The position numbers and the translations under genes were made by a program. From Myxococcota bacterium (GTDB taxonomy: Bacteria; Myxococcota_A; Polyangia; Nannocystales; Nannocystaceae): DNA of 64,000 nucleotides. Shown here piece after piece: positions 56,617 through 64,000 of this stretch (position 1 is the first letter of the stretch; each line of letters begins with the position of its first letter). Under the pieces are notes generated by a model. That model saw only the letters and a program-made list of their open reading frames with translations. It searched no databases and was not told where the DNA came from. The stretch lies in contig JBCCHT010000029.1 in assembly GCA_039028615.1 (NCBI GenBank), forward strand, positions 32,001-96,000, in the 5' to 3' direction.

Positions 56617-58443
56617 CTAGCGGTTGCGGAACGGATCCTTGAGGTCGGGCGAGCCGCCGCTGCCCGAGCTTCCGCTGTTGCCGGAGCCGGTGTTCTTCGG
56701 CTTGTCCGCGGCCTTGGTGTCGGTGGTCTTGGTGTCCCCGGCCTTGGTGCCGCCCTTGGACCCGTTGCGCCCGCCCTTGCGTCCGCCTCGGCGACCGCCT
56801 TTGCGGCCCCCCTTGGTGGAGGCCTTGGTGAGCGCGGCCACGACCGTCTTGTCTCCGTCGGGCACGGCCGGCACGACCAGGTCTTCGTAGCCTTCGGCGC
56901 GGACGACGAGATCGAGCGAGTCGGTGCCGAGGGGAAGCTCGAACGCTTCGTTCGTTGCACCGAGGACGGTGTCGTCGCGACTGTCGATGACCTGCGCCTC
57001 GACCCCTGGCGTGGAGATGGTGATGGCCGCGACGGTGGGCTCGGGCTCGGTGGGCGGCGGGACCTTGCCGTCGTCGGCCGCGGGCTCGACCGGCGCCTTA
57101 CCAGCATCGTCGGCCGCGGGCTCGGTGGGCGGTGGCTTCGGATCGGCCGGCGCGGCTACGGCGGCAGGCTTGGCCTCGGTTTCGTTGGGCTTGCCGTCGT
57201 CCTGCGTGAAGTAGAACGCCGCAGCGCCGCCGAGCACGAGGGTGAAGGCCGCGATGCCGATGATGCCCCCACGGCTCTTGCTCTCCTCCGGGGGCACCGT
57301 GCCCGGGCCACCGATGGGCACCGCGGGGCTGGAGGTAGAGAAGTGGGTCTGCCCGCCCGAAGGAGCCACGACACGCTCGGCCACCACGCTGACGGCGGCG
57401 GAGTCGGAGGCCACGTCCTCGATGGCCTCGGCGAGGTCACGCATGGACTGGAAGCGATACTCACGGTCCTTTTGCAGGGCCTTGAGGATGATCGCTTCGA
57501 CCTTCTGGGGGATGTCGGCTTCGGGCGCGACCTGACTCGGGGCGGGCGGCGCCTCGAACATGTGCTTGGTCAGGATGCCCATGAAGGTGTCCGCGGTGAA
57601 CGGCACCTGCCCGGTGAGCAGCTCGTAGAGGATGACCCCGACCGCGTAGACGTCGACGCGGAAGTCGACCTTCTCGCCCTTGGCCTGCTCCGGCGACATG
57701 TACTCGGGCGTGCCGAAGATCATGCCCGTGCGGGTGAGCCCGCGACCGCCCTCGCCATCGTCGGTGGTGACCTTGGCGATGCCGAAGTCGAGGACCTTGA
57801 TGAAGTCCTCGTTGCTGCCGCGTTTGATGCGGTAGCAATTCTCGGGCTTCATGTCGCGGTGGATGATCCCCGCCTCGTGGGCGGCGGTCAGAGCCGCGCA
57901 AATCTGCAGCATGATCGGCTTGACGCGGGCCCACGGCAGGGCGCCTTGCGTCTTGATCGTGCGACTGAGGTCCTCGCCGTTGAGGAACTCCATCACGAAG
58001 AAGACCGAGCCGTTCGGGACCGAGCCGAAGTCGGTGATCTCGACGACGTTCTGCTGGTCGATCATCGAGGCGGCGCGCGCCTCTTGGAGGAACCGGTCGA
58101 CGAGGTCTTGCTTGTGCGAGTACTCGGAGCTGAGGACCTTGAGCGCCAGCCGCTTTTTGATGGTCGTGTGCTCGGCCAGATACACACTGCCCATGCCGCC
58201 TTCGCCGAGCTTCTTGAGGACGCGATAACGATCCGAAAGGACCATGCCCTCGAGGCTCAGGGGAGGAATGGACACCGCCCCCGATTGCGTCGGGTCGACG
58301 TGGGCTGGCGCGGCGCTGCCCTGGGCGATGGGGGTCGGAACCGGCGTACCGCCTCCGAGACCCCCCGTATTCGCACCGGGGGTCCCGATCATCGTTGCCC
58401 CCCCGGTGGGAGTGCCGGGGCCTGGTTGTCTTGAATCCGACAT
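56617..58443 (-). CDS. Hanks-type Ser/Thr protein kinase with TM helix and PEGA-like C-terminal domain
   Basis: LGEGGMG.VY, ALK, HRDMKPEN, KVLDFG, GTPEYMSPEQ and DVYAVG; TM IIGIAAFTLVLGGAAAFYF; V.AEGYE. Confidence 0.95.
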   Translation of the reverse strand: MSDSRQPGPGTPTGGATMIGTPGANTGGLGGGTPVPTPIAQGSAAPAHVDPTQSGAVSIPPLSLEGMVLSDRYRVLKKLGEGGMGSVYLAEHTTIKKRLALKVLSSEYSHKQDLVDRFLQEARAASMIDQQNVVEITDFGSVPNGSVFFVMEFLNGEDLSRTIKTQGALPWARVKPIMLQICAALTAAHEAGIIHRDMKPENCYRIKRGSNEDFIKVLDFGIAKVTTDDGEGGRGLTRTGMIFGTPEYMSPEQAKGEKVDFRVDVYAVGVILYELLTGQVPFTADTFMGILTKHMFEAPPAPSQVAPEADIPQKVEAIILKALQKDREYRFQSMRDLAEAIEDVASDSAAVSVVAERVVAPSGGQTHFSTSSPAVPIGGPGTVPPEESKSRGGIIGIAAFTLVLGGAAAFYFTQDDGKPNETEAKPAAVAAPADPKPPPTEPAADDAGKAPVEPAADDGKVPPPTEPEPTVAAITISTPGVEAQVIDSRDDTVLGATNEAFELPLGTDSLDLVVRAEGYEDLVVPAVPDGDKTVVAALTKASTKGGRKGGRRGGRKGGRNGSKGGTKAGDTKTTDTKAADKPKNTGSGNSGSSGSGGSPDLKDPFRNR

Positions 58444-58650
58444 GCGGCGCTTTACAGTCGCTAAGCCTACCCCAATTTCGCTGTCGAAGCTGCGATTGAT
58501 GAAGAACTGAGCGACCTGGGGCCATCAACGATCGAGAGCCCACGGCGGTCTCCCTACCCATGCCTCGGTGCCGATTCACACAAGTGAGGAAGTGTAGTCC
58601 TCACACGTTGATCGGTCGGCCACGGGGTATGCTCCGGCCGGTTTTCATCC

Positions 58651-60201
58651 ATGAGCAAGGATCTCCTCGACACGGTGGTCATCGGACGTCGCCTCGGCCT
58701 GTCAGAGGTCGTGCGGATCGCCCGCGGCGAAGCCAAAGTTGCCCTTCATCCCGATGCCCGGGCCCGCGTGGTGGCCACCCGGGCCCAGCTCGAGGCCGAT
58801 ATCGCCTCGGGACGCACAATCTACGGGGTGAACACCGGATTCGGGGCGCTGAGCGATACCCCCGTCCCCGCCGACAAACTCGCCGACCTTCAACGGAACC
58901 TCCTGCGCAGCCATGCAGTGGGCGTGGGAGAGCCGCTCCCGCGAGACGTGACGCGGGCTCTGCTGGCCCTGCGCGCGCATACCCTCGCCCTCGGTAGCAG
59001 CGGGGTCACGCCCGGGTTGCTCGATGCGCTCATCGCCCTGCATGCGGCAGGTGTCGTGCCGGTCGTGCCGCGTCAGGGCAGCGTTGGAGCGAGCGGAGAT
59101 CTAGCCCCGTTGGCTCACTTGGCGCTGCCGCTGATCGGCGAGGGCGAGGCGTGGGTCGGCGACGAGCGAATGAGCGGGGCTCAGGCCCTGGAGACAGTCG
59201 GGCTGAAGCCGGTGGAGCTGGGTCCCAAGGAGGGCCTGGCGCTCATCAACGGGACCCAAGTCACCTCCGTGATCGGGACGCTGGCCGCGGTGGCCGCCGG
59301 AGAGCTGCTCGCGACTGCCGATGCGATCGGAGCGCTGAGCCTCGATGCCGCGCTGGGCACGTTGACGGCGTTCGATCCCCGAGTCCACACCGGCAAGCCC
59401 CACCCCGGCCAGATTCGGACCGCCGAGAACGTCCGCGCGCTGGTCGAAGGTTCCGCGCTCAATGCCTCGCACGCCGAGTGCGGGCAGGTGCAGGACGCCT
59501 ACGCCTATCGCTGCATGCCGCAGGTCCACGGCGCCGTGCGAGGAGCCCTGCGATATGTCGGCGAGGCGCTCGCGATCGAACTCAACAGCTTGACCGACAA
59601 CCCGCTCGTCCTGCCCAACGCCGATGGCGGCTACGACGTGATCTCCGGTGGCAACTTTCATGCCGCCACCGTCGCGGTGCCCATCGATCATCTCACCGCT
59701 GCACTGACGACGTTGGCCACGATCAGCGAGCGTCGGCTGGAGCGCTTCATGAACGCCAACACTTCGCGCGGGCTGCCGCCGTTTTTGGCCGACGATCCCG
59801 GCGTGGAGAGTGGGTTCATGATGGCGCAGGTCACGGCCTCGGCCCTGGCCAGTGAGTGCAAGAGCCTCTCGTTCCCGGCGAGCGTCGACTCGATCCCAAC
59901 GTCGGCGGGCAAAGAAGACCACGTCAGCATGGGACCGATCGCGGCGTTGAAGCTGCGGCGCGTGGTCGGGAACGTGGCGCGATGTCTCGCGATCGAGGCG
60001 GCAGTGGCGACCCGCGCGGTCGACATGCGCGAGGCCGAGACCAGCGAACGGCTCAAGGTCGTGCATGCGGCGGTGCGGAAGCATCTCGGGCCGTGGGAGG
60101 GGGACCGGAGTTTGTCGACGGAGCTCGAAGCGCTGGCCGAGGCGATGGTGCGCGGGGAGATCCGAGCGGCGGCGGCGGTGCCCAGCGAACTCGCCGGATA
60201 G
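58651..60201 (+). CDS. hutH: Histidine ammonia-lyase
   Basis: YGVNTGFG, LRSHAVG (Ser-His specificity pair of HAL), GSVGASGDL (MIO), KEGLALING, QDAY..RC.PQVHG, GGNFH and EDHVSM. Confidence 0.93.
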   Translation: MSKDLLDTVVIGRRLGLSEVVRIARGEAKVALHPDARARVVATRAQLEADIASGRTIYGVNTGFGALSDTPVPADKLADLQRNLLRSHAVGVGEPLPRDVTRALLALRAHTLALGSSGVTPGLLDALIALHAAGVVPVVPRQGSVGASGDLAPLAHLALPLIGEGEAWVGDERMSGAQALETVGLKPVELGPKEGLALINGTQVTSVIGTLAAVAAGELLATADAIGALSLDAALGTLTAFDPRVHTGKPHPGQIRTAENVRALVEGSALNASHAECGQVQDAYAYRCMPQVHGAVRGALRYVGEALAIELNSLTDNPLVLPNADGGYDVISGGNFHAATVAVPIDHLTAALTTLATISERRLERFMNANTSRGLPPFLADDPGVESGFMMAQVTASALASECKSLSFPASVDSIPTSAGKEDHVSMGPIAALKLRRVVGNVARCLAIEAAVATRAVDMREAETSERLKVVHAAVRKHLGPWEGDRSLSTELEALAEAMVRGEIRAAAAVPSELAG

Positions 60202-60458
60202 TTCGACGGGGATCGAGTCCACCGCGCGGGGGCAACCGGGACACAACAGACCGGTTGCCTCGAACGCCCGTGGTCTGGTTCTGCGTTGCAGGGATACTCG
60301 AGGTCGGAGTGGACTGGTTCTTGTCGTGACACCCGGGTGGCCCATCCACGGGCCGGGGTGACGGCCCACGGACGGGCCACTTGCGGAGCCCGTTGATTCC
60401 AAACGTACGGAATCACGGCCTCGGCGTTGTGGAACGCGTTCCGCATTGTCGGGGCCCC

Positions 60459-61313
60459 ATGCCCTCCGTCCTTCACCAGCTGCTCGTCGAGCTCTTTGGT
60501 GAGTCCCCCCAAGACTTGCTCGCAACCGTGATGCGGGACCTGGGGTTGCCGGAGACTTCGACGCTCACCTTTACCCGCAGCGAGGCCAGCTTCAGCCAGC
60601 AGGTCGAGCTCGAGGCCGACCTCGTCCTGCTCGTTCGCGGTGAGGAAAACGAGCCCCTGTGCCTGCTCATCGTCGAGATTCAGCTGTCTGTCGATCGAGA
60701 CAAGGAGTCCTCGTGGCCGGCATATCAAGCCGAAGGGCATCGACGGTATCGCTGTCCGTCGTTCGTCATCGTGGTTGCACTCGATCCCAAGGTTGCCGGT
60801 TGGGCGACTGGTCCCTTTTGTACCGGGCAGACGACGTTCCACCCGCTGGTGCTCGGGCCGCGAGACGTTCCTCGAGTGACGCAAATCGGCGCTCGCACGA
60901 GCGCCGAAATGGCGCTATTTTCTGGACTCGCTCACGGTGCCGATCCCGAAGTTCGGCGGATTGGGCGAGTGTTGCAACAACTGTTGATCGACCAACAGCC
61001 TCCCCGGGCTGACGTCTACTGGGACGTGTTCTTGCGGGCGATCGACGAAAGGACGAGGAACGAGTTCATGCTGGGTTTCGATTGGTACACGCCCCAAAGC
61101 GAGTGGGGAAAGCGGATCTACGCCCAAGGCCTCACCGAGGGGCGTTTGGAAGGCGAACGGGATGCTCTGCAGCGGATTTTGGAGGCCCGAGGGCTCGAAA
61201 TTGACGAGGAGCATGCTGCGCAGCTCGAGGCATGCGCGTCCGGGGACCAGATTCACGACTGGATCCGCCGGGCGATCACCGCGAGTTCGATCGATCAGGT
61301 GTTCCCGTCCTGA
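60459..61313 (+). CDS. Rpn/PD-(D/E)XK nuclease-like protein with DUF4351-like C-terminus
   Basis: MPS..H..LVELF...ADLVL...IVEIQL..D..K...WP.Y...P.VLGP..VP, then G..EG..EGE...L..IL.ARG......AC....I..W..RA.TA.S...VF. Lower GC than the flanks; start ATG 60459. Confidence 0.7.
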   Translation: MPSVLHQLLVELFGESPQDLLATVMRDLGLPETSTLTFTRSEASFSQQVELEADLVLLVRGEENEPLCLLIVEIQLSVDRDKESSWPAYQAEGHRRYRCPSFVIVVALDPKVAGWATGPFCTGQTTFHPLVLGPRDVPRVTQIGARTSAEMALFSGLAHGADPEVRRIGRVLQQLLIDQQPPRADVYWDVFLRAIDERTRNEFMLGFDWYTPQSEWGKRIYAQGLTEGRLEGERDALQRILEARGLEIDEEHAAQLEACASGDQIHDWIRRAITASSIDQVFPS

Positions 61314-61358
61314 GGTTGGGCTGGGTCGATTAGTGCCAGTGTCTTGAGTCGAGTCTTG

Positions 61359-61389
61359 GATGAAGTGGTCCCAAATTGCCCACTTCATC
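61359..61389. repeat. Perfect 10-bp inverted repeat between convergent genes
   Basis: GATGAAGTGG-N11-CCACTTCATC. Confidence 0.6.
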
Positions 61390-61614
61390 GGCCGGACGGT
61401 TCATGCTTCGATCTGTTGAAAGACTCCGTCCAAATCGAGGACGACAAGTCACTATAATTGGTGAGTAGTCGGCCGTTGCCCAGCTTCGTCGAGCGACGAT
61501 AAATCGGTCCTGGGTGGTCGAAAAATGGCGCCAAGAGACAATTTTTCTGACGGACGACGACCCATTACACCTCGATATGAAACTGTGGAGGAGCACCATC
61601 ATCGAGTTCAACCA

Positions 61615-63321
61615 CTATCGTGACTTCGACTTTCGTTTCGCCCGGCGTGCGGCTCGTTGGGCATCGGCCCGATCGCGTCGGTGCCAGAATTGAACCCGCC
61701 CGAGTCGGATTTCCCTCTCCAACACATAGTGCTCACGCAAAAATGACCTCAGCTCGCTGAACTGCCCCCGTGGGACGGTCGATCCGAGCACGATCCACGC
61801 GGGGCGTACCTCATCGAGGTCCGCCAGGAGGATCTCGGCGGCCTCGCCATCGACGAATCGCAGCCGCGTCGCGTGCCGACGCCAGGTGTCGTCGTTGGGC
61901 GGGGTGAGCAGTCCGAGCGACTTGTAGACCCGCGAAGCCGAGCGCATACCGGTGAACGGGTAGACATCCCACAGGTGCCATCCCCACACCCAAATCCGGT
62001 CTCCGTCACGTTGGTCCCGTGACACGACCTTGGCAATGACTCGCCCTCCTTGATCGTGGGGGCGCGCCCGGTCCTGCCGTTGGTGGTCGAGCACGGCCAT
62101 TTGCCGCAAGACCAGCAGGAACGCGGGCAACAGAACAACCAATCGTCCCGCTCGGCGAACCCGCGAGGCGGCCCCCGCCAGCCCCCATGGCGCAGCGGCC
62201 CACAAGCAAAGCGGAGCCGCGGTGGCGAGGAAGTAACCCTTGTAAAAGCGCAGACCAACCCATGCGGCGGCCAACGTGGCCAGGCTCCACAAGGCCAAGC
62301 CCATCCACTGCCGTCGAGCCGCTCGCGTTTTCGGAGGCACCACGGCGAACATCGCCAGCGCCAAGGGCAGCGCCACAAAGTGCATGGTGGCCAGCAGTCC
62401 CTCCGCGAGCGCCGCCGTTCCCATGGTCTCGCCGCCGTCGCTGACGTAGCGCGCTCCCCATCGACTGAACACATAGCCGTCGAAGAGCGCTCCGAGCTGG
62501 CCCGCGGAGGCGTAGTGCAGACCGATCGGCACATGAGCCAGCAACACGCCGCCGAGCACTGCACTCAGCCGTTGCCACCACGAGCTGTGCGCGTCCGCGG
62601 GCACCAACGCCAGGGCCACGACGACCACGACACCGACCCCCGCGGGGCGCTTGAGCAAGGTGGCCAACCCCGCCAGCACGCCCACCGCGATCCACCACGC
62701 CAGCGCATGTTTGCGGCTCCTCGCTCGATCCGCCAACAGGGCTCCGCCCACCGCCGCGATCAAGGGCAGCTGCGCCCAGGTCACGTAGTTGGCGTCCATG
62801 CTGTCGAGGTATGCGTCGAAGAGGCCGTACAGCGCCGCCGTGACGACCGCCGCGGTGGGGCCCCACAGCCTCCAGCCGATCGCCGCCAGCAGCCCCAACG
62901 AGGCCATGGCCCATGCATTGGCCCAGATCTGAAAGCTCGCGATGTCGGTCCCGTCGCTCCCTGCGAGTACGGATGCCAGGTAGAAGGTGCCCGGTGCTTT
63001 GAGTTCGATGGTGTCGACGTAGGGCAGTCCGCCGCTGCGCAGCACCATGGCCTCGTGCAGCATCCCCGCCACGTCATGAGACGCGAACCCGCCCTGGGTG
63101 AAGCCCGGCCACCGCAGCCACGCCGAGGCCATTGCGATCAGGAGCAATGCGACCGCAGCCCCCCAATCCGCCCGGCGAACGCGCTGGTACCCGCGTCGTT
63201 CGCCGGGGGCTGGGATGGCATTGCGTTCAGGCTTCGGCTCCGCAGCGCGCGAGTCTTCATTTCCGCCCGGGTTCGTTTCCGCAGCGGTGTCCCGCTCCTC
63301 GACCGACGACTCAGCGCTCAC
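61615..63321 (-). CDS. GT-C fold membrane glycosyltransferase (ArnT/PMT, GT39/GT83-like)
   Basis: N-terminal TM followed by D...G.LPY.D..ELK.PG, about 11-13 TM helices, G.A.L.K.P and a periplasmic I.VWG...Y domain. Start placed at GTG 63321. Confidence 0.78.
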   Translation of the reverse strand: MSAESSVEERDTAAETNPGGNEDSRAAEPKPERNAIPAPGERRGYQRVRRADWGAAVALLLIAMASAWLRWPGFTQGGFASHDVAGMLHEAMVLRSGGLPYVDTIELKAPGTFYLASVLAGSDGTDIASFQIWANAWAMASLGLLAAIGWRLWGPTAAVVTAALYGLFDAYLDSMDANYVTWAQLPLIAAVGGALLADRARSRKHALAWWIAVGVLAGLATLLKRPAGVGVVVVVALALVPADAHSSWWQRLSAVLGGVLLAHVPIGLHYASAGQLGALFDGYVFSRWGARYVSDGGETMGTAALAEGLLATMHFVALPLALAMFAVVPPKTRAARRQWMGLALWSLATLAAAWVGLRFYKGYFLATAAPLCLWAAAPWGLAGAASRVRRAGRLVVLLPAFLLVLRQMAVLDHQRQDRARPHDQGGRVIAKVVSRDQRDGDRIWVWGWHLWDVYPFTGMRSASRVYKSLGLLTPPNDDTWRRHATRLRFVDGEAAEILLADLDEVRPAWIVLGSTVPRGQFSELRSFLREHYVLEREIRLGRVQFWHRRDRADAQRAARRAKRKSKSR

Positions 63322-63398
63322 GAGGCCCCTCCCCCATGCGCCGTCCACCGAACAATCCGAGCAAGCCGAACCAGTGAAGTCATGGAGCCCCGCCTCGC

Positions 63399-64000
63399 TC
63401 AGAAGCTCTGCAGGAAGGTGACGTTGATGTTGAAGCGCGGCAGGACCTGCCGGACCTCGTCCGCGGACAACCCCTGCCGCTGGCCCAGAAGCTCGGGCAG
63501 CGGCTGATCGAGGCAGGTCGTATCCCGTCGCACGACGGGCACGGACACGTCGACTCGGAACAGCTGCGGCGTGACCCCGAAGATCGACAACCGAGCATCC
63601 GCCGCGTAGCCGACGTGGCCATACCAACTGTCGGCCCCCAGCCACCCCCGGAAGCTCTCGCATTGAGAGGCCGAGCCGGCTCCGGTGAACAAGGTACCGC
63701 CGAGGCTCCGCAAGTACCCCAAGTGCAGCAGGTTGAGGTGCAGGTCGTTGACGTAGACGTGTCGGTACTGCGCCTGCGCCAAGATCACGCCTCGGCCAAA
63801 GATTTCGTCCGCCAAGTACCCCGACAGGCCACCGATGCCCCCCAAGCGCGACAGGTTGCGGAACTCGCTGCGCCCGGAGATGGGGAAGACCATCTCGCCG
63901 CTCAGCGAGGTCGCCAGCACGTGATCATGGGCGAGCCGCCACAGGTGGACCCACACGGCCGACGCGACCATGTCGTGCACGTCCGGGGTGCCTTCGCCCG
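63399..64000 (-). CDS. C-terminal part of an outer-membrane beta-barrel protein (Omp85/BamA-TamA-like), 5' end outside the window
   Basis: LGG..GL.GY loop, alternating beta strands (AQAQYRH, GGTLF.GAG, RVDVSVP) and C-terminal F.INVTFLQSF. Confidence 0.65.
   Translation of the reverse strand, partial: GEGTPDVHDMVASAVWVHLWRLAHDHVLATSLSGEMVFPISGRSEFRNLSRLGGIGGLSGYLADEIFGRGVILAQAQYRHVYVNDLHLNLLHLGYLRSLGGTLFTGAGSASQCESFRGWLGADSWYGHVGYAADARLSIFGVTPQLFRVDVSVPVVRRDTTCLDQPLPELLGQRQGLSADEVRQVLPRFNINVTFLQSF

Noticed and set aside
61330..61611. 93-aa minus-strand ORF
   Set aside because: TTG start, atypical codon usage and no motif; not supported as a gene.

Overview
Very GC-rich bacterial chromosome segment. 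It is most likely from a myxobacterium (Myxococcota, probably Nannocystaceae-like), inferred from the many Cys-rich lipoproteins with Ser/Thr/Gly linkers, Hanks kinases, an FHA-GAF-sigma54 activator, an AgmX/PglI-type TonB-C protein, a type IV pilin and an IF3 with a C-terminal tail. Region 1-11.3 kb is an accessory redox/haem cluster. It encodes an AraC regulator, an outer-membrane barrel, a lipoprotein with three cytochrome P460-family domains, MsrB, an MsrA with an in-frame UGA at the catalytic position plus a SECIS-like hairpin (selenoprotein), an exported intradiol dioxygenase-like protein, an AhpD-like fusion, a mono-haem lipoprotein, a nitrobindin-like barrel and a propeller/di-haem protein. 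Region 11-28 kb holds lipoproteins, tRNA-Arg, a VWA protein, two DUF4139 genes, a VOC-WYL pair, pilA, an ABC pair and an S1 protease. Region 28-36 kb is the housekeeping block tRNA-Val-infC-rpmI-rplT-pheST-ihfA-merR-tRNA-Pro-surE-apt. Region 38-53 kb is a long co-oriented run: kinase, exported protein, degenerate-FHA sigma54 activator, duplicated Cys-rich lipoproteins, a 1567-aa DEAD-box helicase with RNase E-like disordered arms, and an M14 peptidase. Region 53-64 kb holds an RCC1 lipoprotein and di-haem DHOR behind a Fur-like box, a second kinase, hutH, an Rpn-like nuclease with a possible internal antitoxin start, a GT-C glycosyltransferase and a partial outer-membrane barrel. No CRISPR array, rRNA or prophage was seen. 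All family assignments come from motif recognition, not database searches.
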